A stretch of 46,684 nucleotides of DNA. Source: Candidatus Micrarchaeota archaeon. Lineage in GTDB: Archaea > Aenigmatarchaeota > Aenigmatarchaeia > QMZP01 > QMZT01. Made by a program: the position numbers and the translations under genes. This document shows positions 40,265 through 46,684 of this stretch, in pieces. How positions within the stretch are numbered: position 1 is the first letter of the stretch; each line of letters opens with the position of its first letter. A model generated the notes under the pieces. That model was not told where the DNA came from and ran no database searches. It saw only the letters and a program-made list of their open reading frames with translations. The DNA lies in assembly GCA_013151465.1 (NCBI GenBank), contig JAADIF010000043.1, forward strand, positions 1 to 46,684, in the 5' to 3' direction.

Positions 40265-41082
40265 TTCTTTTTGCCTTTCTTATGCCCTTCATGGGCTTTT
40301 CCTTTTTCTTTTCTTTCCTTTGTAAAGACAGCGATTGAAAGGGATATGGCAAACAATATGATAAGCGCAATTCCTATAGATTGCTTTTTCTGGAGGTCAT
40401 CGGTTTTTCTGTCTTCTCTTCCCCATTCAACTATCCACGAATCGCCTATTTTTGCTGCGTGTAGGAATTTAAGGTTGCCGCCTGAGTATTCGACCGGTTG
40501 CGGAGCCGTGATTTGAAAACCATTAGATGTTATGCAGAAATCTATATCCTTTGAAAAGAGCAATGTTCTCAGAACATCATCCCCTATCCCTTCGTTTCCA
40601 TCGGAAACCTTTATGAGAACGCGATCGGATGCCCATATCTTTGGCCTTCCTGGCAGAGAGGAAAATGAAATTTCATCCGCTTTAGCGTATGTCCCGTCTG
40701 GAAGAGGACATTCGTTTCCATTTTTCAATGACTCCAAAAGAGGGTTTATGCCTTCAAATATCGGCGCATCCCCTCTTAAGACATTGCCTTTATTAAAAAT
40801 TATCTGGGGGACACCTGATTGGATTGAATAAGCGTTCATATATTGCATCATTACTTGAGGATTTTCCTTTTCCTTGAATATTTCATATTCTATAAGAACG
40901 AAATTGCCTTCATTTTCAGGAAGCGTGTTTCCGAGCAGAACTGGATCCACCTTTGCGCAATGGGAACATCCTATGCCTGAAAAATAGACAGCACATATTT
41001 TTTCTTCAGCCTTTGCTGCAGCAGGCAGCAAAAGGAATATCGCCACAATTGTGAATGCTAATATTGATTTTTTAACCTTCAT
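40261..41082 (-). CDS. secreted, C-terminally membrane-anchored thioredoxin-like protein (CSHC active site)
   Basis: Has a signal peptide and AVYFSGIGCSHCAKVDP (CxxC in a Trx-like context). It ends in a C-terminal TM (IGIALIILFAISLSIAVF) and a basic tail. Confidence 0.65.
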   Translation of the reverse strand: MKVKKSILAFTIVAIFLLLPAAAKAEEKICAVYFSGIGCSHCAKVDPVLLGNTLPENEGNFVLIEYEIFKEKENPQVMMQYMNAYSIQSGVPQIIFNKGNVLRGDAPIFEGINPLLESLKNGNECPLPDGTYAKADEISFSSLPGRPKIWASDRVLIKVSDGNEGIGDDVLRTLLFSKDIDFCITSNGFQITAPQPVEYSGGNLKFLHAAKIGDSWIVEWGREDRKTDDLQKKQSIGIALIILFAISLSIAVFTKERKEKGKAHEGHKKGKKK

Positions 41083-41098
41083 ACTATCTGAATGAGTG

Positions 41099-41137
41099 GA
41101 AACTATATATATTAGTTGGTTTCAATAATAGAAACTA
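41099..41137. promoter_or_regulatory. GAAACTAT box and GTTTC-N7-GAAAC inverted repeat in the divergent promoter of the Trx/CcdA operon and the HAD gene
   Basis: GAAACTAT lies at 41099-41106, GTTTC at 41119-41123 and GAAAC at 41131-41135. The same half-sites and N7 spacing occur at 43825-41. Confidence 0.4.
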
Positions 41138-41838
41138 AACGCTGGATGTGCGAAATAATGAAAAATAAGTACCTGTTTTTGTTTGATATAGACGGAACGC
41201 TTCTCAATAGCCTTGAAATGCATTTTATGGCATTCGAGAAAGTGTACAGAAAGCTTTTCGATGTGGATGTTGACGAAACCCTTTTCAATGAAGCAACAGG
41301 AAAAAGCGCTGTCGAGTTTCAAAGGTTTGTATGCGGCAAGTTAGGATTAGAGTTCTCTGAAGACATTTTCAATAAGATAATGCATGAATGGAAAAGCGAA
41401 ATTGACAGATTAGCGCAGCAATCTGAAATTAAAATACTTTCAGGAGCAAGGGATTTCATAAAATTCCTGAAAGAGAAAGGCATTGCGGTCGGAATCGTTA
41501 CGGGCAACACAGAAAGAACCGGAACAGCTATTCTCAAGGCATCCGGCATTTATGATATCTTTGATGTAATGGCATTCAGTGATGGTCTTAAAGACAGGGC
41601 GGATATAGTGAGAAAGGCCATTAAATTGTACGAAGATACAGGAAATGAAGCGTTCAGGACTGTTGCAATAGGCGACACTGTCGAGGATATCAAGGCTGCA
41701 AAAGACGCAGGTGCGTTTTCTGTCGGAGTTGCAACAGGGCATACAAGCGAAGAAGAGCTCAGAAAAGCCGGGGCTGATGTTGTTGTAAAAACATTGGAAG
41801 AGTACAAAAAGATTACAGATGCTCTTGGCATTTATTAA
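41116..41838 (+). CDS. HAD-superfamily hydrolase (phosphoglycolate phosphatase-like)
   Basis: FLFDIDGTLLNS (motif I), VTGN (motif II) and GDTVEDIKAAKDAG (motif IV) are present. The probable start is the ATG at 41158 (MKNKYLFLFDIDG). Confidence 0.85.
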   Translation: MVSIIETKRWMCEIMKNKYLFLFDIDGTLLNSLEMHFMAFEKVYRKLFDVDVDETLFNEATGKSAVEFQRFVCGKLGLEFSEDIFNKIMHEWKSEIDRLAQQSEIKILSGARDFIKFLKEKGIAVGIVTGNTERTGTAILKASGIYDIFDVMAFSDGLKDRADIVRKAIKLYEDTGNEAFRTVAIGDTVEDIKAAKDAGAFSVGVATGHTSEEELRKAGADVVVKTLEEYKKITDALGIY

Positions 41839-41861
41839 CCATTGTTCTGATAAAATATTGA

Positions 41862-42839
41862 ATGGAAATATCTGATTTGTTGTATGGGAGCGGCATACAG
41901 GTGGAACCCGTAATCGAGGAGCTGATCAAATCCGCCCCCCTTCAGAGGCTTCGTGGAATAAACCAGTCGGGCGTGACAAGATACATAAAAGGGGGGAGAA
42001 CAAACACAAGGTTTTCGCATTGCGTGGGCGTCATGCTTCTCCTTAAAATGCTCGATGCTCCTCTAGAAGAGCAGATAGCAGGGCTTCTCCACGATGTTCC
42101 TCACACGGCATTTTCGCATGTCGTTGATTTCGTCTTCAAGAATGATGAGCATGAATACCATGAAAAATTCCATGAAAAAATAATAATGGAGTCAGAAATC
42201 CCGAACATTCTCAGAAAGCATAGCTATGATGTGGATTTCATTCTCGACAATACGAACTTTTCGCTTCTTGAAAAAAAACTGCCTGCGCTTTGCGCCGACA
42301 GGATAGATTATACATTAAGGGACTGGAGCGTCTATTTCGGCCTTCTTGAGAGGATGAAAGGATACCTGAATTTCTTTACTGTACATAAAAACGAAATAAT
42401 AATGAGCGATGGTGAATCGGCAAGGAATTTTGCAGAGGACTACCTGAAGATTGATTATGAGGTCTGGTCAGATCCCTTAGAAATAGCAGCATACCAGATA
42501 GCAGGCGATGCTATAAGAATGGCAATGGAAAGGGGCATATTGGTCGAAGATGACCTTTTCATGAACGATGACTTCGTTTTCAGCATCCTCAAGAATTCAG
42601 GGGATGCAGAAATAACAGAACTCATAGAAAAGCTCAATCCGAATCTTAAAATAAAGATTGACAAAAAGGATTACGATTTTCACGCAAAAAGCAAACTGAG
42701 ATATATAGACCCGAAATTCATAGATTCTAGCGGCAGGATAAAGAAGGTTTCAACGGCTTATCCGGACTTCAAAGAAAAGCTGAAAGAGCATAACAGGATT
42801 ATGAAAAAGGGGTTTTATGTGAAAATTGTTTCGTGGTAG
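41862..42839 (+). CDS. HD-domain phosphohydrolase (COG1078 / SAMHD1-like)
   Basis: Shows RFSHCVGVMLL and GLLHDVPHTAFSH (H...HD), then D..DYTLRD. Confidence 0.8.
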   Translation: MEISDLLYGSGIQVEPVIEELIKSAPLQRLRGINQSGVTRYIKGGRTNTRFSHCVGVMLLLKMLDAPLEEQIAGLLHDVPHTAFSHVVDFVFKNDEHEYHEKFHEKIIMESEIPNILRKHSYDVDFILDNTNFSLLEKKLPALCADRIDYTLRDWSVYFGLLERMKGYLNFFTVHKNEIIMSDGESARNFAEDYLKIDYEVWSDPLEIAAYQIAGDAIRMAMERGILVEDDLFMNDDFVFSILKNSGDAEITELIEKLNPNLKIKIDKKDYDFHAKSKLRYIDPKFIDSSGRIKKVSTAYPDFKEKLKEHNRIMKKGFYVKIVSW

Positions 42840-42842
42840 AGC

Positions 42843-43781
42843 ATGATAACGCTGAACGAGGGCTCGGGCGGGAAGGAAACGCATGAATTGATAGAGAAAA
42901 TACGATCGGTACTAAAAGTCACAAGCGATTGGAAGAATTCTGATGACGACTCGGCGACGCTCAAATTCGGGGATAAGCATCTCGTGTTTACGACAGATAC
43001 ATTCACTGTCGACCCTGTATTTTTTCCGGGGGGAGATATAGGAAAGCTTGCGATGTGCGGGACTATAAACGACATAGCTGTTATGGGGGCAAAGCCGCTT
43101 GGCATATCGTTTGGCCTTGTTCTCGAGGAAGGGTTCTCAGAGAATGACCTTGAAAAAATAGTGTCATCAATGGACAAAGTTTCGGAAAAAACCGGAATTC
43201 CTGTGGTCACTGGCGATACGAAGGTTATGGAAAAGGAAAAGGTTGACAAAATCATAATCAACACATCTGCCGTTGGCATCACGGACAATCCCATTACAGA
43301 TTCCGGCTTGAAGCCGGGGGACAAAATAGTTGTGAACGGGAGCATTGGAGATCACGGGGCAGCGCTTCTTGCAAAGCGCTTCGGTTACGTTGCTGATTTC
43401 GTTTCAGACTGCAACCCTGTTCTTGAAGATTCCCAGAAATTAAAAGGCATAGCCACAGCAATGAAGGATCCGACAAGAGGAGGGATTGCGGGAGCGCTCA
43501 ACGAAATGGCGGAAAAATCGGGAGTCAAAATAATTCTTGACGAATCCAAAATCCCTGTAAAAAGTGGCGTCAAAGCGATTTCGGAACTTCTGGGCATAAG
43601 TTATTATGAGATGCCCTGCGAGGGCAGGATAATTGCAGGCATAAAAGAAAGCGCAAAACCTCCTGAAGGATTCGTCGAAATAGGCCGTGCAGAAAAGGGG
43701 GCGGGCGTTTTCATCGATACGGGGCTTTCTGAAAGAAAGCTCAATATGCCTTTCGGCCGGCTTCTGCCGAGGATATGCTGA
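42843..43781 (+). CDS. hypE: hydrogenase maturation protein HypE
   Basis: AIR-synthase-like fold (LNEGSGGKETHELI, TTDTFTV, GDTKV) with the diagnostic C-terminal PRIC motif. Confidence 0.9.
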   Translation: MITLNEGSGGKETHELIEKIRSVLKVTSDWKNSDDDSATLKFGDKHLVFTTDTFTVDPVFFPGGDIGKLAMCGTINDIAVMGAKPLGISFGLVLEEGFSENDLEKIVSSMDKVSEKTGIPVVTGDTKVMEKEKVDKIIINTSAVGITDNPITDSGLKPGDKIVVNGSIGDHGAALLAKRFGYVADFVSDCNPVLEDSQKLKGIATAMKDPTRGGIAGALNEMAEKSGVKIILDESKIPVKSGVKAISELLGISYYEMPCEGRIIAGIKESAKPPEGFVEIGRAEKGAGVFIDTGLSERKLNMPFGRLLPRIC

Positions 43782-43798
43782 AATATCCAAATGCTTTT

Positions 43799-43883
43799 GT
43801 TTCGTTTCATTAAATTCATTTCCGGTTTCATGACATGAAACAAGTATTCATTTGGTTTCACTGATTCTGATATGTCGTTTCAT
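43799..43883. promoter_or_regulatory. array of GTTTCA boxes including the perfect palindrome GTTTCATG-A-CATGAAAC, upstream of the Met/His-rich secreted protein gene
   Basis: GTTTCA(T/C) occurs at 43804, 43825, 43855 and 43877, with spacings of 21, 30 and 22 bp. The palindrome is at 43825-43841. A strong SD, AGGAGGT, lies at 43907-43913 before the ATG at 43919. Confidence 0.65.
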
Positions 43884-43918
43884 TCAAGTAACTCCTATCA
43901 AAAGTTAGGAGGTTTGAT

Positions 43919-44287
43919 ATGGAAACAAAAATTTTAATTGCGAGCATATTTGCTGCACTTTTCGTAGGAACAACTCTCGTTGCAGCGAGCAGCTATTATT
44001 CAATGGCCGAATTCCATCAAAGGATGATGTCATCTGATGATTTTGCAAAAATGCATGCTGCTATGATGAGCGGTGATCATGAAGCAGCTGAAAAATATCA
44101 TGAAAATCTGGATTTTGAATGTCCAATGCATGAACTTATCGAAGAAGGCAAGATCTCGGATGAAGACTTCAGGACGATGCATGAATGGATGATGACAGGA
44201 AACTTTCCGGATGAAAAGCCTGAAGGGTTGAACGACGCTGCATGGGAGATTCATAAAAGCCATCATCCCGAAATCTATGATAAATAG
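43919..44287 (+). CDS. secreted small Met/His-rich acidic protein
   Basis: The signal peptide is METKILIASIFAALFVGTTLVAASS. The mature part is rich in Met and His: FHQRMMSSDDFAKMHAAMMSGDHEAAEKYHENLDFECPMHE..MHEWMMTG..HKSHHPE. Confidence 0.65.
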   Translation: METKILIASIFAALFVGTTLVAASSYYSMAEFHQRMMSSDDFAKMHAAMMSGDHEAAEKYHENLDFECPMHELIEEGKISDEDFRTMHEWMMTGNFPDEKPEGLNDAAWEIHKSHHPEIYDK

Positions 44288-44317
44288 ATATAAATCCATT
44301 TCTTTTTTATTTTAAGA

Positions 44318-44749
44318 GTGAACTATATTATGGAAATTTCCACAAAAAAATTGTTTATTGCTGTATCACTTGTCGTTATGTTAGGTGCCCTTATAACGGT
44401 TTTTTCTATATATCACACGCTTCATATGGGCAACGCGTTTCTCCAGTATCCGCTCTTTCTTTACGGAACAGCAATTCTTTCCCTCCTTTCAGGGGGGTTT
44501 ATCGTCTATCTTTTCGAAGACAGGATAAATAAGGCACAACTCAATAAAATCCTCTCCGTCCTGCCTCCAGATGAAAGGAAGATAATGAAAATTCTGGCTG
44601 AAAGGGTGGAAATCGAACAGAATAAGCTTGTGACGCTTTCAGGCCTAAATAAGGTCAGGGTTTCGCGCATATTGGCAACTCTCGAGCAAAGGAAGATAAT
44701 AGAAAAGAAAAAACATGGCTACACCAATATGATAATACTTAAAATTTAA
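44318..44749 (+). CDS. membrane-anchored (2 TM) winged-helix transcriptional regulator, paralogue of 29327-29896
   Basis: Two TM helices flank a short His/Met loop (YHTLHMGN). The wHTH LPPDERKIMKILAERVEIEQNKLVTLSGLNKVRVSRILATLEQRKII aligns with the 29327 protein (L-PEDRKVIDIL..LS-L-GLNKV---RILA-LEQ-). Confidence 0.7.
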   Translation: MNYIMEISTKKLFIAVSLVVMLGALITVFSIYHTLHMGNAFLQYPLFLYGTAILSLLSGGFIVYLFEDRINKAQLNKILSVLPPDERKIMKILAERVEIEQNKLVTLSGLNKVRVSRILATLEQRKIIEKKKHGYTNMIILKI

Positions 44750-44804
44750 AAATGATATAAAGTGCACAGTTTCATTTTTAATTGGCATAAACCATATCAT
44801 TATC

Positions 44805-45137
44805 ATGTCGGATAATTTAGACGGGCATGAAGTCTACACGCAAAAATATCAGGAAATCGATGAGACTATAGATTGCCCTATCTGCAAAAAGGGAAAAATT
44901 GAAATTAAGCGCATACCCGGTTGGTATGAATGGAAGGTTAGCAGGATATCAGCCGGCGCAAAGCGCACCAAATTCTTTCATGACCCGAAGTTCAAGGTAA
45001 TGAACAAGTGCCCCGAATGCGGAGCATCGCGGGAAACTATAAAAGAAGCCCTCGAAAAGGGCAAAAAACCTGAAACAAAGGATGAGCGAAAGAAACGCCT
45101 TGAGGCAGCAGGGATTCCCACGCAGATTGAGATGTGA
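44805..45137 (+). CDS. small zinc-ribbon protein
   Basis: 110-aa ORF with two CxxC pairs (CPICKKG and CPECGAS) and a Lys/Glu-rich C-terminus. Confidence 0.5.
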   Translation: MSDNLDGHEVYTQKYQEIDETIDCPICKKGKIEIKRIPGWYEWKVSRISAGAKRTKFFHDPKFKVMNKCPECGASRETIKEALEKGKKPETKDERKKRLEAAGIPTQIEM

Positions 45138-45141
45138 AAGA

Positions 45142-45175
45142 TAGGTGTCTACATATCTATAGGTGTAGACACCTA
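45142..45175. repeat. perfect 12-bp inverted repeat (TAGGTGTCTACA-N10-TGTAGACACCTA) 5 bp after the zinc-ribbon gene stop
   Basis: Read directly from the sequence. No T-run follows, so a terminator role is uncertain. Confidence 0.7.
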
Positions 45176-45280
45176 ATATTGGTGTAGGACGAGCAGAAAG
45201 ATATTTTTTGGGAATGCCCAGATGCTTGCCTGAATATGTTTTTATCATGAAAATCATTGCGCAAAATAAAGATAAAATAT

Positions 45281-45329
45281 TTAAACATATGTTTACATAA
45301 TTAAACATATGTTCAAAGAATTAAACATG
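45281..45329. promoter_or_regulatory. three TTAAACAT(AT)G boxes at exact 20-bp spacing; two carry the palindrome AACATATGTT and overlap the MNT gene start
   Basis: TTAAACATATGTT occurs at 45281 and 45301, and TTAAACATG at 45321. The annotated ATG (45309) lies inside box 2 and the in-frame Met7 ATG (45327) inside box 3. Confidence 0.65.
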
Positions 45330-45833
45330 CTCTCTTTTTTCTTTGAGAAGCCCTCAAGGGAATTCAATGTAAGGGAGACGGCAAAGCTCCTTGGCATTTC
45401 TCCCGCAACCGCGAGCAAAGAGCTCAAAAGGTTTGCAAAGGAAGGTCTTCTCAGGGAAAGGGAGGAATGGAGAGTCCATCTTTACAGGGCAAACACAGAA
45501 AGCGACATTTATCGCGATGTGAAAAGGTTCTATAACATAAGAAAGCTGAAAGATTCCGGACTTCTTGAAGAGCTTGACAGATTCTATCTGCGTCCTGCAA
45601 TTATTCTGTTTGGCTCTTATGCGCAAGGAATGGACACGGAAACAAGCGATGTTGACATCGCCGTGATATCGGAGAAAAGAAAGACGTTTTTACACGCCAG
45701 AAAATTCGAAAAGAAAATAAAGAGGGATTTGCACATCATCCCGATGAAATCAATGAAAGATATGAAAAACACACACCTTTTGAATAATATCCTTAATGGC
45801 ATAGTGCTAAGGGGGAAGGTCAGATGGATCTAA
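45309..45833 (+). CDS. minimal nucleotidyltransferase (MNT) with N-terminal wHTH, antitoxin-like component of a HEPN-MNT pair
   Basis: The HTH is FNVRETAKLLGISPATASKELKRFAKEGLL. The NTase motif is LFGSYAQGMDTETSDVDIAVIS (G-S...D-x-D). It overlaps the HEPN gene by 10 bp. Confidence 0.8.
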   Translation: MFKELNMLSFFFEKPSREFNVRETAKLLGISPATASKELKRFAKEGLLREREEWRVHLYRANTESDIYRDVKRFYNIRKLKDSGLLEELDRFYLRPAIILFGSYAQGMDTETSDVDIAVISEKRKTFLHARKFEKKIKRDLHIIPMKSMKDMKNTHLLNNILNGIVLRGKVRWI

Positions 45834-46246
45834 ATGACTGTTTCAGCAAAGGTCTTGTCAGAAAAGCTGAAAAGGACGAATTCAGGATAATGTCCCTGAT
45901 GGAAATGGCAGACATAAAAGAAGAAGCAGTAAAAGAGGCAAAAATCACAGAAAAGACAATATCAGCTTATGTATCACTTGCATATGATGCATTAAGAGAA
46001 GTGCTGGAAGCATTATGCCTTTTAAAAGGGTACAAGGTGCTTTCGCATATATGCATAGGTGAACTTCTTGCGGACATTATAGATGATTTTGACTACGACG
46101 AGTTTGACAGGATACGATGGATAAGAAACAGCATAAACTATTACGGCGAGAAGATTGATTTTGAGCAGGGTATGGAGATTATCGATAAAATTTTTGCAAT
46201 GAAAAAGGAAATGGCATCACGATACCTGAAAAGGTTTAAGGAATAA
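45824..46246 (+). CDS. HEPN domain protein, toxin-like component of a HEPN-MNT pair
   Basis: An all-helical 140-aa protein with RIRWIRNSINYYGE in the position of the HEPN R-x4-6-H/Y motif. It is translationally coupled to the upstream MNT gene. Confidence 0.75.
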   Translation: MDLNDCFSKGLVRKAEKDEFRIMSLMEMADIKEEAVKEAKITEKTISAYVSLAYDALREVLEALCLLKGYKVLSHICIGELLADIIDDFDYDEFDRIRWIRNSINYYGEKIDFEQGMEIIDKIFAMKKEMASRYLKRFKE

Positions 46247-46432
46247 GGAATGCAAACCAAATCCCGAAATTATAACCTTTTAATGTTTACGTTCGTGAAC
46301 AATTTCACAATATATGAATTAACAAAAATCAAATCCCATGAAAGAAACAATATATCTGAAATTGTCTATTGATATGTTCATAAATCTGGATACATGCCCG
46401 AAAATTTGTATGTTGCTTCCTTTTTGGATGTT

Positions 46433-46684
46433 TTACAACACTCCTATCTTTCCCGCATCGGTCAGCTCTATGATGCCGTTCTTTGACCTGATGAAACCGC
46501 CATCTTCTTCGACATCTACAGCGATATTACCGAGCTCATCGCGTACGGGGCTGCGACCCGTACTACAACCCCTTCATTGCCCCCGTACACTGCGGTTTTG
46601 AAGAACCTGATTCCCCTTTGGGCATAGTCATCGACAATTCTCTGCACGGCGTTTCCATACGATAAATCTTTCAGAGAATTGAAA
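46433..46684 (-). pseudogene. 3' part of a minus-strand gene running off the window, apparently frameshifted near 46555-46575
   Basis: The minus-strand frame entering from the window edge reads FNSLKDLSYGNAVQRIVDDYAQRGIRFFKTAVYGGNEGVVVRVAAPYA and then stops. A different frame continues as DELGNIAVDVEEDGGFIRSKNGIIELTDAGKIGVL, with its stop at 46433-46435. GGGG and CCCC homopolymers lie at the junction. Confidence 0.3.

Overview
The window is a compact, gene-dense archaeal chromosome segment of about 40% GC, with many 4-26 bp gene overlaps. Archaeal identity rests on hallmark genes: TBP, the L44e-S27e-aIF2alpha operon, SRP54, the L37e-LSm pair, S8e, family B DNA polymerase, primase, GINS, Hel308, Cdc48 and Taw1. 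The fused primase and reduced gene set suggest a DPANN-like small-genome lineage, but that is inference only. All homology calls come from motif recognition by eye, with no searches run. There are no rRNA genes, CRISPR arrays or intact mobile elements. One tRNA is present, tRNA-Ser(GCU), carrying a non-canonical intron in the T-loop. The best candidate for an undescribed system is a duplicated cassette at 28.7-29.9 kb and 43.8-44.7 kb. Each copy pairs a signal-peptide Met/His-rich small protein with a two-TM membrane-anchored winged-helix regulator and has arrays of GTTTCA/TGAAAC boxes. A GTTTC-N7-GAAAC site also lies at the promoter of a thioredoxin-like/CcdA pair. Other notable points:
- An ArgRS is fused to a PheRS-type B3/B4 (editing-like) domain.
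- The PolB has substitutions at the exonuclease I and III and polymerase A and C catalytic positions.
- TBP (44 bp) and Cdc48 (88 bp) each contain near-identical nucleotide tracts between their two internal domain repeats.
- Four TTATAAA boxes at exact 11-bp spacing lie upstream of the TBP gene.
- Operator-like repeat arrays sit upstream of a Fic gene and a HEPN-MNT module.
- hypCD and hypE are split, with no hydrogenase gene in the window.
- A 1.5-kb tract of gene debris includes an IS5-like transposase remnant.
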